This document shows, piece by piece, positions 20,482-30,935 of a stretch of 64,000 nt of DNA. The notes below the pieces were generated by a model that saw only the letters and a list, made by a program, of their open reading frames with translations, made no database searches and was not told the DNA's origin. How positions within the stretch are numbered: the stretch's first letter is position 1; each line of letters starts with the position of its first letter. Origin of the DNA: Microcoleus sp. (GTDB lineage: Bacteria > Cyanobacteriota > Cyanobacteriia > Cyanobacteriales > Microcoleaceae). The position numbers and the translations under genes were made by a program. The DNA lies in contig CP181291.1 in the NCBI GenBank assembly GCA_052279835.1, positions 5,248,001-5,312,000 of the forward strand, in the 5' to 3' direction.

Positions 20482-21066
20482 CTATTCAGTAAACTCAATA
20501 TTTTCATACAAATCTGCCAGTGAAACCTCCACAGAAATAGAGTTTAACATCAGCCGATCGCCAATAACACCATATTCCGAAAAAATCCACTTATTCGCAT
20601 CAGTTTTGGAATATAGTTCAACCTGTAACCGATATTGGTCGATTAATAAATACTCCTGAAAACTAGGAATACTGCGATAGGCGGCAAACTTTTCATCTCG
20701 ATCGTAAGCTCTAGTGCCCTTAGATAGTACCTCAGCAATGAACACAGGATTGGTAATTGTATCTGTCCGTCCCGATTGCAACTCGACTGGTTTCGCCACC
20801 ACCATCACATCTGGATAAGTGTAATTATTAAGGTGGGGAATCCAAAGTCGCTGATCCGAACTAAAAGTCCGATATGGTTTCCCTTTTAACGTTAATTTCA
20901 GCGCCACAACTAAATTAGTAGTAATTTCATTGTGATTGGGTGTGCCACCAGCCATCAAAACAATCTCCCCATTGATAAATTCATGCCGATCTAGAGAATT
21001 GACTTCAGCTTCTAGATATTCTTCAGCCGTGTAGGTTGTGGTTTCAACTTGCGCGATCATATACAA
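20482..21066 (-). CDS. Uma2-family endonuclease-fold protein
   Basis: RHEFINGEI..MAGGT..H, YPDVMV, EVLSKGT, EYLLIDQ. Confidence 0.9.
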   Translation of the reverse strand: MYMIAQVETTTYTAEEYLEAEVNSLDRHEFINGEIVLMAGGTPNHNEITTNLVVALKLTLKGKPYRTFSSDQRLWIPHLNNYTYPDVMVVAKPVELQSGRTDTITNPVFIAEVLSKGTRAYDRDEKFAAYRSIPSFQEYLLIDQYRLQVELYSKTDANKWIFSEYGVIGDRLMLNSISVEVSLADLYENIEFTE

Positions 21067-21150
21067 GGTTATCCTTTAATCTACTCATTTCAGTTTATCT
21101 TAAAAATCTGGTTAATTCAATCTAAAACTCGATTTATTCATATCATTACT

Positions 21151-21183
21151 TTGTGGAACAAGCCGGAAAGCCTGTTCCACAAA
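21151..21183. terminator. Hairpin downstream of the substrate-binding protein gene
   Basis: ttgtggaaca-agccggaaagcc-tgttccacaa. Confidence 0.5.
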
Positions 21184-21210
21184 GAATGAGTCCGATCGCA
21201 CTTAGTCAAA

Positions 21211-22614
21211 TTACCGCAACGGCACAAAGTTGTAACCAGAGCTTCCTCCGAGTTTAACTTGTACTAAAATTGGTTTACCCGCGCGATCGCCCGTTGGCAA
21301 AAACCTCACATCATTACTTGCTCCCGATGCCAAGAAAATCTGGCTTTTGAGTGCTTGTTGTAAGCCTTCCCGCGTATTACTTTGCTTCAATCCCGCGATG
21401 ACAGCTTGAGTCGCATCAAAACTGGTTGCGGTGCGCCAATTTACTACTCCTCCCCACATCTGGCTGGCATTTTTGGGGAAAGTGCTACCTGGATTAGTGT
21501 CAGGATGCCAGGGAACAGGCAAAACTAGCCCGTCAACGCTCTTTTGCCCATCTTTTAAAGTTTGAAAGGTATACATTGTCGTGCTGCCGTAGAGTGGCAA
21601 TTTGCCTTGATTGGTGCGAGCCAAAGAAATCGCGCGATCGATGCGATCGATGTGGGGTGCTAACATCAATCCTTGTGCGCCTTTGCTGACAGCATCGGCG
21701 AGCACACTTTCGGGATTATAAGAAGGGACTGAAAAGTCGCAAACAGTAGGAACTAATTTGCCTCCCGCCGCAGTCAGAGCAGCCACAAATTCATCTTTAA
21801 ATGATATGTTATCCGGTGCTTGGGAGTCATAACAAACGGCAATATTAGTTTTGCCTGTTTTGACAGCATATTCTGCTAAGGGAGCCGCCATGATGCTAAT
21901 ATTGGGGACTGTCCGAAAGATGTAACTGCCAAATCCTGATAGGTTATTAGCAAAGCTAGTCGGTGTCACCATTACCAGTTTTTCTTGTTGATATATCGGA
22001 GCAGCTTCGAGAGATGCGTTGCTAGCATTGTGTCCAATTACTGCTAGTATAGTCGCATCTTGTGTCAATGTCTTGGCAACATCTCTGACAACTTCTTGAC
22101 TATTGTCATCGTTGACAATTTTTACTTGCAGTTGTGCGCCGTTTATGCCACCGCTAGTATTGATTTGCTCCTGAGCTTGGGCTACACCTCGGAGGATTTC
22201 TTGGGCGACATTGGGGTTGCTACCAATGGGGACGCTGACAGCAATTTTTAAGGAAGAACCACTGCTGGCTGTGGCGTTATTCAAATAAATAAGGGTTTCG
22301 GGATCGTTCCGATTTTGCTTCAGAGAAGCCTGAAATTTTTCAATAGCTTCTTTGTAATCTCCTTTGGCAAAAGCTGTAACGCCTGCTTGTTTTGCTGCTG
22401 TTGTTTGGGATGTCACCAATATCTGATTTCCTAAACTAATGCGAGTGGCGATCGCACCCGATGGACTCGCACCCGATTTAGATGTAGGTGTATCTGAACT
22501 TTTGGAACCAAATAAAGTTGGAAGGAATTTGGATGCGCCAAATCCAATTAAGCCTAAAATAATGATAAAAACAATGGGCGGCGGACTTTTTCTTTTGTTA
22601 GTATCTTGATACAT
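21211..22614 (-). CDS. Membrane-anchored LivJ-like (branched-chain amino acid type) substrate-binding protein with a TPR-like segment
   Basis: N-terminal TM, NDPETLIYLNNA, EILRGVAQAQ, VIGHNAS, YIFRTVP. Confidence 0.85.
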   Translation of the reverse strand: MYQDTNKRKSPPPIVFIIILGLIGFGASKFLPTLFGSKSSDTPTSKSGASPSGAIATRISLGNQILVTSQTTAAKQAGVTAFAKGDYKEAIEKFQASLKQNRNDPETLIYLNNATASSGSSLKIAVSVPIGSNPNVAQEILRGVAQAQEQINTSGGINGAQLQVKIVNDDNSQEVVRDVAKTLTQDATILAVIGHNASNASLEAAPIYQQEKLVMVTPTSFANNLSGFGSYIFRTVPNISIMAAPLAEYAVKTGKTNIAVCYDSQAPDNISFKDEFVAALTAAGGKLVPTVCDFSVPSYNPESVLADAVSKGAQGLMLAPHIDRIDRAISLARTNQGKLPLYGSTTMYTFQTLKDGQKSVDGLVLPVPWHPDTNPGSTFPKNASQMWGGVVNWRTATSFDATQAVIAGLKQSNTREGLQQALKSQIFLASGASNDVRFLPTGDRAGKPILVQVKLGGSSGYNFVPLR

Positions 22615-22977
22615 AATTTATTCTCCTTATTGTTTAATTAATTTCCCATATATTCGGATATTGGGAGAAGCAAAGGACGCGATAGGAGTAGCGAATATTG
22701 TTAACATAATCAAACCAGCGGTATAAGTCAATTCATATAATTCATTACTTGATGTCATAAAAGTCATAATAAATGCTAGGCTGATGATGGCACTACAAGT
22801 AAGTGCGATCCACTTTGGTAAATTCATGTAGTTTCCTTGAGCTATCAGTAGCATTTATCATCTACAACCAGACACATAGATGGCCAGAAACCGGGTTTTT
22901 GCGACACTACTTCGCGATAAACAACAAATTTGGAAAAACCCGGTTTCTTTGGTGGTGATGTGTAATTCCCGTTGATA

Positions 22978-23503
22978 TTAACCACCGCCGCCGCCACCGC
23001 CACCACCACCACCGCCACCACCACCACCACCGCCACCGCCACCGTCACCATCGCTAGTGCTAATAACTGGAATTACTTCTTCATACTCGTTATGATAAGA
23101 GCAGTTTCCACAGTGATGGGTAACATACCTCTCCGGTATTTATGGGCGCTTTACGACCCGCTGCAATGGCTTTCCAATAAACTAGAGTATTCCCGCCATC
23201 TAGCTGTAATCCACCTACTACGGGATATTTGATGACAAAAGTATGGGATTCTGGAGGTTTTAATTCATGTTGCCAGCGAATCCACAGTTGATTGTTTTCA
23301 ATCCCAGTGCTGCTAGGAATTATTTGATTGTTTTCGGCAACGGTTACATCTTTAATTTCATCGACCTTATCTAAAGGAATATAGCGGTAGCGTTCATTGT
23401 TGTATGCTGCTGTGAATACATATTTTTGGGTTTCTGTAACTAACATATCTCCGTTCGTCTGAACGACGAGCCGTTTATTAACCATATAATTTACACGGAA
23501 CAA
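22978..23503 (-). pseudogene. DUF2207-like membrane protein remnant
   Basis: NGDMLVTETQKY...YWKAI N-terminal domain, then an out-of-frame poly-Gly tail ending in TAA at 22978. Confidence 0.65.
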
Positions 23504-23657
23504 CTATTGATTGCAATTATTCAACAGTTTTGTTTTAAGGTCAATTCATATAATTCATTAATTATCTTCATAAAAATCATACGATCGGTGGCGATATTTA
23601 CTTGAATTATTGACTGGTTCCTAGGCAGAGGGTGGCCACGAGTATAATTTCATAAAT

Positions 23658-24458
23658 TTAGGGTCTGAATACTGCACTTAACCAAGTTAAAAGCGTGCAA
23701 CCAAACAACGCTTCCAATGTATATCTTCGCGAAGGTTTGTAAGGGGAAGAATGCCACACTCGCAGTTCTCCATTAAAGCCGCGCGAGACTAAACTCAATG
23801 AAACTTGACGGTAATTTACCAAAGTTCGCTGAAGTAATTGCCCGATTAAAATGCCTAAACTACGCATTCCTAGTTTCCAAGTGCGATAGCCACAGCGCGA
23901 GTTTTGGGCGATCCAAAGTTCATCGGCGATCGCCAATAAGCTAAAAATAAACCGATACATCAATAACAGCAATTCTGTCAACAACGGCGGAAACCGCAAT
24001 TGTCGGAGAATTTGCAAGGTTTCGGTAAATGGCACCGTCAACAAAATGAAATACATACAGCTTGTGGATGCCAAGGTGCGCGGGAATAACAGGCTCACTT
24101 GGTATAATCCAGTGTTGCTCACATACAGATAAAAATTGCCGATGCTAATCCCCCAACCTTGCCAAATATCCGCGTGTATTGCCTGGATTTGATTTAACTG
24201 AATTCCACCAATCACAAACGCAGGCAAACTTGTGAGCAAAAACATCAACGGTAGCGACAGCAAGCGCAGATAAAGTTTCCCTGGAATGCCTGCATAGATG
24301 ACGATCCAGACTGCTAACCAAAGGGCGATCGACAATTGGACGATCGCCCCAGAAACCAGAGACAGAATCAAAAGGGCGATCGCAAAGGATAATTTGTGAG
24401 TTGGCGGCAACCCGCGCAAACGATTAGTGTAAGCCAGACTATCAATCTGATGATTCAT
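23658..24458 (-). CDS. cbiQ: Cobalt ECF transporter T component
   Basis: IDSLAYTNRLR, LLMYRFIF, SRGFNG. Confidence 0.92.
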   Translation of the reverse strand: MNHQIDSLAYTNRLRGLPPTHKLSFAIALLILSLVSGAIVQLSIALWLAVWIVIYAGIPGKLYLRLLSLPLMFLLTSLPAFVIGGIQLNQIQAIHADIWQGWGISIGNFYLYVSNTGLYQVSLLFPRTLASTSCMYFILLTVPFTETLQILRQLRFPPLLTELLLLMYRFIFSLLAIADELWIAQNSRCGYRTWKLGMRSLGILIGQLLQRTLVNYRQVSLSLVSRGFNGELRVWHSSPYKPSRRYTLEALFGCTLLTWLSAVFRP

Positions 24459-24608
24459 GCCAAAGTCTTCCAGTCCGCGCAGGCGGACTTTGTATGTGTA
24501 GAAGTGAATTATATTCGCCGTTTATTCATCATTAATGCCAAAGTCTTCCAGTCCGCGCAGGCGGACTTTGTATGTGTAGAAGCGAATTTTATTCGCCGTT
24601 TATTCACC
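24453..24608. repeat. 78-bp tandem duplication containing a REP hairpin
   Basis: atgccaaagtcttccagtccgcgcaggcggactttgtatgtgtagaag...attcgccgtttattca occurs twice. Confidence 0.85.
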
Positions 24609-24621
24609 GTTTATTCGCGAT

Positions 24622-24957
24622 TCATTCCAACGGCGATTTATCATCAGATTGCTGAGATTGCGATCGCCCTTTATAAAGCCCGATCGCATATCCGATCGCA
24701 CCAGCCCCCAGAGCAGCTTGAGTGGCAAATAATAGACTAGCAATTTCGCCACTAGCAGGCTCAAACAAATGATTGAACCAAGGTTTATAATCCGGTTGAA
24801 TTTCCGTAATTGCTTTCTGGGCCTCCCCATCAGCTCCGCCATATTCACCCCGTACAAAAACTAGGGGAATTACAGCAAGTGCGACAACTGCAATTACCAA
24901 CATCCAATTTTGTTGCGAAGTAGCTTGCTGATTTTTCGTTGGTTTTTGATTCATCAC
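24622..24957 (-). CDS. cbiN: Cobalt transport protein CbiN
   Basis: GGADG..., YKPWF..LFEPASGEIASLLFATQAALGAG. Confidence 0.92.
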   Translation of the reverse strand: MMNQKPTKNQQATSQQNWMLVIAVVALAVIPLVFVRGEYGGADGEAQKAITEIQPDYKPWFNHLFEPASGEIASLLFATQAALGAGAIGYAIGLYKGRSQSQQSDDKSPLE

Positions 24958-25716
24958 TTAAGACTCCTGTTTCAATAATTTCAGAATTTCCAACTCCGGT
25001 TGCCCGTAAGAATGTAGCCAATTCCACACCAATAAAGTCAGCAATCCTTCACTAATAGCCAGGGGTACTTGAGTAATCGCAAAGATGCCCGCAAACTTGA
25101 TAAACGAAGCCAAAAAACCACCATGTGCAGCCGGAAAAGCTAACGCCAACTGCATCGAAGTCACCACATAAGTCAGCAAATCAGCCAAAGCCGCAGCACA
25201 AAAAATTGCCAACCGTTGCCTACCAGTTCGTAGTAGTAATTGATAGATAAAATATGCAGCAAACGGACCAACAATCGCCATCGAAAAAATATTAGCTCCC
25301 AGCGTTGTCAGCCCGCCGTGAGCCAACAAAACCGCCTGAAAAAGTAGCACTAAAGCACCGAGTACCGCCATCACCGAAGGACCAAACAAAATCGCACCCA
25401 AACCCGTACCCGTTGGGTGAGAACAACTCCCCGTTACCGAAGGAATCTTCAAAGCAGAAAGCACAAAAGTAAACGCACCAGACAAAGCTAATAATAGTTT
25501 AAGTTCCGGGTGTTCTTTGGTAATTCGGGCGATCGCACGCAAACCTACCACAAAAAAAGGCAACGCCACAATCCACCAAAACGCAGCCCATTGCACAGGC
25601 AAAAAACCTTCAGAAATGTGCATAGCAGCGGCCGGTGTCGCCGAACCCAAAACCAGATAACAACTCAAGCCAGCCATCAATCCCAGACTGACAATTTTGC
25701 GACTTCGCGCCTTCAT
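24958..25716 (-). CDS. cbiM: Cobalt ECF transporter S component with signal peptide
   Basis: [31 protein letters not shown]. Confidence 0.95.
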   Translation of the reverse strand: MKARSRKIVSLGLMAGLSCYLVLGSATPAAAMHISEGFLPVQWAAFWWIVALPFFVVGLRAIARITKEHPELKLLLALSGAFTFVLSALKIPSVTGSCSHPTGTGLGAILFGPSVMAVLGALVLLFQAVLLAHGGLTTLGANIFSMAIVGPFAAYFIYQLLLRTGRQRLAIFCAAALADLLTYVVTSMQLALAFPAAHGGFLASFIKFAGIFAITQVPLAISEGLLTLLVWNWLHSYGQPELEILKLLKQES

Positions 25717-25752
25717 CAAGTACCTCGCAGATGAGACTAAGTGAACCAACGC

Positions 25753-25872
25753 ATCGGCGGGCATCCTGACTCAAAAAGCTACAGGGCTTTCATTACAGTT
25801 GCGGGACAGCGTTGGACTTGCACCAAACTTTCCCCGTTACCTCTAATGGCTGCTTCCCATTAGAACCGAGTT
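25753..25872 (-). promoter_or_regulatory. Cobalamin riboswitch
   Basis: AACGGGGAAAGTTTGGTGCAAGTCCAACGCTGTCCCGCAACTGTAA...GAGTCAGGATGCCCGCC upstream of cbiM. Confidence 0.93.
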
Positions 25873-26120
25873 GTTAAATTGAGTATACGCGATCGCGCAA
25901 ATCTGCACTGATATTTTACAAAAATTATTCAACTTCAGTAAATCAAAATTACCTATCATCGCTCTATTCTCTTTTCTTCTCTGCTTCTCCTTCGCGTCCT
26001 TAGCGTCTTCGCGGTTCGTTTAATAAATAATATTTACCAATTACCAATTACCCATTACCAGGTAAATATCACCAAACAGAGAAAGGCTATAATCTTAAGT
26101 AAGTTTTGAGGAAAGCCGCA

Positions 26121-26945
26121 ATGTTAAAGTACAACTTGCCGAGGAACTTGCCCTCAGCCGACGAACTACCAGACTCCGATGAAACACCTGTGGATAACGA
26201 ACTGCAAGAACTAATACCAGGGTTACTAAAAGCAATCCTGCTCATACTTTGGTCAGAACGCATGGACTGGCTTTTTGGCATAGATATGGGTATTTATCAT
26301 CACCCAGACGAACCAGCCATTGTGCCAGATGCTTTCTTAAGTTTAGGAGTAGAAAGGTTTTACGACGAAGAATTACGTCCCAGTTACGTGCTGTGGGATG
26401 AAAATGTCATGCCACTTTTCGTGCTAGAAGTTGTTTCCCCAACATATCGCAAGGAATACAGCACAAAATTAGAAATTTATCAAGATTTAGGCGTACTTTA
26501 TTACGTCATTTATTCTTCCCGCCGCCGTCGTAAACCTCATTTGGAAGTACACAAGTTAGTCAATGGGAAGTACGAGTTACAGCTAGGAAATCCTGTTTGG
26601 ATGCCAGAAATAGGCCTGGGAATTGGTTGTGAAAGGGGAAACTATTCTGGGGTGACAAGAGAGTGGTTGTATTGGTATGATGCCGATGGCACACGCTATC
26701 TGACACCTGAAGAACAAGTGAAACAATCAGCGCAGCGTCTCCAACAGGAATCACAACGTGCCCAACAGGAAGCTCAGCGTGCCCAACAGGAAGCTCAGCG
26801 TGCCCAACAGGAAGCTCAGCGTGCCCAACAGGAATCCCAGCGTGCCCAACAGGAATCCCAGCGTGCTGAACAATTAGCTCAACGTTCCGAACAATTAGCT
26901 CAACGATTGCGAGAATTGGGAGTCGATCCTGATAATCTCAATTAA
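26121..26945 (+). CDS. Uma2-family protein with a coiled-coil tail encoded by 21-bp tandem repeats
   Basis: LPDSDETPVDNELQ, VLEVVS, (QRAQQE[A/S])n. Confidence 0.9.
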   Translation: MLKYNLPRNLPSADELPDSDETPVDNELQELIPGLLKAILLILWSERMDWLFGIDMGIYHHPDEPAIVPDAFLSLGVERFYDEELRPSYVLWDENVMPLFVLEVVSPTYRKEYSTKLEIYQDLGVLYYVIYSSRRRRKPHLEVHKLVNGKYELQLGNPVWMPEIGLGIGCERGNYSGVTREWLYWYDADGTRYLTPEEQVKQSAQRLQQESQRAQQEAQRAQQEAQRAQQEAQRAQQESQRAQQESQRAEQLAQRSEQLAQRLRELGVDPDNLN

Positions 26946-27025
26946 TTCAAAACCTGGTTCTTAGAACCCCGACTTCTTGAAGAAGTCGGGGTTTTATAGC
27001 AATCCTAAATCATTCATGAGGATTT

Positions 27026-27092
27026 GTAGGGGTAGTGCCCCTGTGCCTACCCCAGCATAAGCGGGGGCAACCACGGGGCCAAGAGCCCCTAC
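27026..27092. repeat. GTAG-type REP doublet (REPIN-like)
   Basis: gtaggggtagtgcccctgtgcctacccc ... ggggcaaccacggggccaagagcccctac. Confidence 0.65.
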
Positions 27093-27104
27093 AACTCTAT
27101 TTGG

Positions 27105-29234
27105 TTATTTCTGCGGGCATTTCGGATGAAGGCCACCCTGCAAACAAATATAAGCAATTTGACTTTGCTCTAAATTCTTAGCATCAGTAAAATCAACTCC
27201 TTGCAATCTACCCGATTTAGCACCCGCAGGACTTTGAATAAATTGATCGGAAGTATCTTTCCCTATAAACACCGCACCTTTAAAATTTGCTCCTGCTACA
27301 TTCGCGCCCCTAAAATCAGCCAAACTCACGTCCGCATTCCGCAAGTTAGCATCTTGCAATCTTGTATCTTTTAAATTGGCGTTTGCGAGTTTAGCTGAAC
27401 TCAAATCAGCTTTTTGTAAGTTCGCACCGTTCAAATCTGCACCAGATAAATTAGCACCTTGCCATTCTGATTTCTCCAAATTTGTCAATGGTAATTGAGC
27501 GCCTTGAGCCTTAACTTTCCCCAAACGCGCACCTGATAAATTCGCTCCCGAAAAATTCGCACTCCCGATATCTGCACCCGTAAAACTAGCATCTTTTAAG
27601 ATAGCTTGCTGCAAATTTGCTCCAATTAAAATAGCACTGCTAAAGTTAGCTGAATTCAAATTGCCGTAGGAAAAATTAGCTTTGTTCAAGACAGCGCGCA
27701 CAAAGCTAGTGCGATTCATTACAGCACTATTCAAAAATGCTCCGGTCAAATTTGCCCCTTCAAAATTGGCTCCGCTCAAGTCAGAAATCCAATCGTCAAA
27801 TGTACCTGGTCTTCTATCTTCTCCGGTGCCATAGAAGCGAGTTGCCTGCAAGCTGGCATTGGTTAGACTAGCATTTTTTAGCTTAATTCCAGACAAGTCA
27901 ACTTTGTCTAATACTAAGGTAAATTGAGCCGGACCGGCCGCACTTTGCCCTAAATCAGTGCGACTCAAATCTGCGCCGTTGAGCTGGCTGCTATACACTG
28001 TGAGAATTTTGCCGATCGCCCTTTGTACTGTGCGTTGGCGGACTGCGGCTAACTCCCGTTCCTGGGTTTTACCGCCGTAGCGGAGGGAATCGAGGTCGTT
28101 GCGAAAAGCTTGGTTCAACCGCTGCAAGTAAGGTAAAGATGAAGGCCCGGTACTTACTAAAGCTTGCTGGATCGCATCTAGCATGGTGCGATTGTCTTCT
28201 TGAGCTAGTAAATCCGTTAGCAGCGGTACGGCGCGGGAGTCTTCCACTGTTCCCAAGGCTAAAATTGCCGATCGCCGCCCGGAGGTCCCGTTACCAGAAT
28301 TAGGAGATAATTTATTAACTAAAGCTAAAAATATTTCGTCATTTCGCTGCCGAGAATCTCGTAAATTTGCTTGACTTTGAATATAGACTTGAGTGCCAAT
28401 AAACAGAGTGAAAATCAATCCCGCAGTACCAATTGTGGCAATCACTAAAGTCGCCCCTGGATGTTGGCGAATCCAGTGCCACAAACTGTCATTTTCTGTG
28501 GTCTGTGTTTCGGGAGTCAAGACCAAAGCGGCAATCTGGGCATCTTCCTCTGTCCAATCTTGACTTTTCACCGGAGTGATAGATAATTGGTTCGATCGAG
28601 CATTGACGACCAAAGTATTCGCGAGGCGATCGTGTCCAGTTTGCCCCTGGTGGCGAAAAGCAAAAGCCCCATCTACCAGCATTGCCAAGCCGCTGAGCCC
28701 CCCTAAAATGATTAAATCTGGAAAAGCACCGCTCAAGCGCCACAGACCGTAAGCGACACCCAGAGGCACTCCCCAGCGTCCCAAACTTTCCCGAATCAGG
28801 ACTCGCACCAAACCCGGAGGAGTACCCGAAGCTGTGACAACTTTCACCCCAAACCAGCGTTTAGGTAGAGTTTGACCGGTTCTGGCGAGTAAAAAAAGTT
28901 CCCAGGCTGCCAGAACCGCTGGTGCCATCAGCGCCGCGGACCAGAATAGATTAGTCAGGGGTGCGACTCTGGGGTTGCGATCGCGCACAGGAATCCCTAA
29001 AGTACGAGAAACTGTCTCAGATGCTGCTGCTATTGAGGAGTTGAGTGGCACTGTTTGAGCATCCCGATTCACAAAAGCCCCGATACTGAAGGGAACTAGG
29101 GCACTAGCTGCGACTAAGGAAATTTCAACTACCCAAGCGCCACACCTGCGCACCAGCAGTGGCATTTGCTTGGATTGTGAGGGCCAAGACGGATCGGGTT
29201 GATTAATGCCACTGGGGGCGGTGGGGCTAGCCAT
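27105..29234 (-). CDS. HglK-like RDD/HEAT/pentapeptide-repeat membrane protein
   Basis: RDD motifs (GQTLPKRWFG, HDRLA), HEAT-like segment, long A(N/D)L pentapeptide tract. Confidence 0.85.
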   Translation of the reverse strand: MASPTAPSGINQPDPSWPSQSKQMPLLVRRCGAWVVEISLVAASALVPFSIGAFVNRDAQTVPLNSSIAAASETVSRTLGIPVRDRNPRVAPLTNLFWSAALMAPAVLAAWELFLLARTGQTLPKRWFGVKVVTASGTPPGLVRVLIRESLGRWGVPLGVAYGLWRLSGAFPDLIILGGLSGLAMLVDGAFAFRHQGQTGHDRLANTLVVNARSNQLSITPVKSQDWTEEDAQIAALVLTPETQTTENDSLWHWIRQHPGATLVIATIGTAGLIFTLFIGTQVYIQSQANLRDSRQRNDEIFLALVNKLSPNSGNGTSGRRSAILALGTVEDSRAVPLLTDLLAQEDNRTMLDAIQQALVSTGPSSLPYLQRLNQAFRNDLDSLRYGGKTQERELAAVRQRTVQRAIGKILTVYSSQLNGADLSRTDLGQSAAGPAQFTLVLDKVDLSGIKLKNASLTNASLQATRFYGTGEDRRPGTFDDWISDLSGANFEGANLTGAFLNSAVMNRTSFVRAVLNKANFSYGNLNSANFSSAILIGANLQQAILKDASFTGADIGSANFSGANLSGARLGKVKAQGAQLPLTNLEKSEWQGANLSGADLNGANLQKADLSSAKLANANLKDTRLQDANLRNADVSLADFRGANVAGANFKGAVFIGKDTSDQFIQSPAGAKSGRLQGVDFTDAKNLEQSQIAYICLQGGLHPKCPQK

Positions 29235-29249
29235 ATTCAAAATTTCCTA

Positions 29250-29576
29250 TTAATTGTCGTTAGTATTTGAGGAATCTGGAGTAATTGTCAATTTATACGC
29301 TATGTAGATTAGCACTCCCAGAAGGGCAAGGGTCATCAGGGCAGAAATTAGCTGTACAACTGTATTGAAGACTGTCAGGAGAATTATCGCCCCCACGCCA
29401 AAGACTGCTACTTGACCTGGTTTGGGGAGGCTTTGAAACCTATGGAGAAACTGATTGTAGAAGGTTTCGACGGCGGGGTAGTTGTCTAAATTAATTTTGA
29501 TTAGCGGCGATCGATCTAGTCTAGCTTTTAGTTCTCCGAATGCTTGCTGCCAGTTGAAATTATTTTGATAATTCAT
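29250..29576 (-). CDS. Hypothetical membrane protein
   Basis: Two hydrophobic helices, 9-15 bp upstream of the hglK-like gene. Confidence 0.7.
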   Translation of the reverse strand: MNYQNNFNWQQAFGELKARLDRSPLIKINLDNYPAVETFYNQFLHRFQSLPKPGQVAVFGVGAIILLTVFNTVVQLISALMTLALLGVLIYIAYKLTITPDSSNTNDN

Positions 29577-29731
29577 AAAAAAAATTGGGGAGTTACTTTA
29601 ACTGTACCTTTGTCATTCTAGTACGGTCACATTGATAACAGTCACAAGAGCGTGTTCGGAATCACCGATCGTCCTCTACCCTCAAAGAAGTGGAAACTTC
29701 CGCTATTGTGTTGGGTTCAATAAGGATAAAT

Positions 29732-30181
29732 ATGAAGATACACTATCCGTGCGATCGCGCCAGACCGAGGTTAAGGTCGATCGCCACTTTAACCTTGGCA
29801 ATGATTTTAGCTGCTGCCGGCACTGTTAGGAGCCAACCGCTACAAATTGCTCCGGGATTTCCCGAACCGCTAACTATGTCTGGAGTTTCCGGCGGCCCGA
29901 ACAATAGTGGCGATTGCGGTTTTGTCGCCCCAGGGCCAAACCACGTCATCGAAGTCACCCAAGATTTACCTCACTGGCGGATTGCAGTACAAACCGCTGG
30001 AGCTCCGAGTTTGATGATTCAAGGGCCCAGGGGGCGTTTCTGCGTCCTACCGGCCAATGCTGCTGCGGGGACGGTAGAATTTTCCGGTTATGGCGATCGG
30101 GGAACTTATACTATTTTTGTCGGCGATCGAGCTCAAGGTCAACACCCCTATTCCCTCTCTATTTCTCAGAAACGAAACTAA
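29732..30181 (+). CDS. Secreted hypothetical protein, pre-peptidase C-terminal-like
   Basis: AAGGA RBS, signal peptide, CGF...PNH...GTYTIFVG...YSLSIS. Confidence 0.7.
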   Translation: MKIHYPCDRARPRLRSIATLTLAMILAAAGTVRSQPLQIAPGFPEPLTMSGVSGGPNNSGDCGFVAPGPNHVIEVTQDLPHWRIAVQTAGAPSLMIQGPRGRFCVLPANAAAGTVEFSGYGDRGTYTIFVGDRAQGQHPYSLSISQKRN

Positions 30182-30273
30182 AAAAACAACTGGATTTTAG
30201 ATCCATATTGGTAATTGGGTATAGCGCAGAGGGGATCGAGCAATAGTCAAGTTTGTAGTGAGGACTAAAGTCC

Positions 30274-30645
30274 TCAATGCGTAATTTGTTCCCTCACCCA
30301 CTTACGAAACAATCTGAGAGTTTGACTCGTGCCCACTGTTTGACTTTGTTCACAATATTGAAAAATAGCTTCAACAATTGGCAAATTGGGAAATATTAAA
30401 CTAATTTCAGATACCACATATTTCCCATCTTCAAGCACATTAATTTCAAGGTGATTATTTTCATACCGCCACATCTCCGGTACTCCCAGCGCCTCGTAAG
30501 CATCTAGTTGAGTCTGGGAAGTTAGATCCACTTCAATTGCTAAATCAGGTGGCGGATCGATAGTTAAATCAACGCGCTTTTTACCAATCATTCGAGCATA
30601 ATTCTGAATATAAAAACATTCATCAGGCTCAATTCCCTGCAACAT
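30274..30645 (-). pseudogene. 5'-truncated Uma2-family gene
   Basis: Starts at GIEPDECFYIQN and has PPPDLAIEVD; N-terminal third is missing. Confidence 0.75.
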
Positions 30646-30649
30646 ACTC

Positions 30650-30691
30650 TATACTAGCCAAGAATGCTCTAGCTGTGGAATAATTGTCAAG
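30650..30691 (+). mobile_element. IS200/IS605 tnpB zinc-finger remnant
   Basis: Translates to YTSQECSSCGIIVK. Confidence 0.55.
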
Positions 30692-30721
30692 ATAAGTTGT
30701 CTGTATTTGTAATTGAGCATT

Positions 30722-30908
30722 GGGCAACCCCCCCTTGGGCAGGGCTGTTTAATTTTTGGTGGCCGTGCCAAAGCCAGCCCTCCGAGAGCCCCAAATGTGC
30801 ATAAAATCGTCTGTGAGGGGGTAGGCATTTTTGGCACTACCCCTACCTCATCCCTGTTTTTCGGAGAATGAAACAGCCCTGCCCCCCCAAGGGCAGGGGG
30901 GGTTGCCC
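30722..30908. mobile_element. About 190-bp element bounded by inverted repeats
   Basis: gggcaaccccccc..gggcagggctgttt ... aaacagccctgccc..ggggggttgccc. Confidence 0.55.
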
Positions 30909-30935
30909 CATGCGCGATGCCCGATGCCCCATCCC

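Noticed and set aside
22845..23232. Val/Ala-rich and Thr-rich ORFs
   Set aside because: Alternative frames of the poly-Gly tract
25717..25764. Longer cbiM start at 25764
   Set aside because: Lies inside the riboswitch B12 box
26740..26905. 21-bp tandem array as a possible non-coding array
   Set aside because: Encodes the ordinary coiled-coil tail of a Uma2 protein
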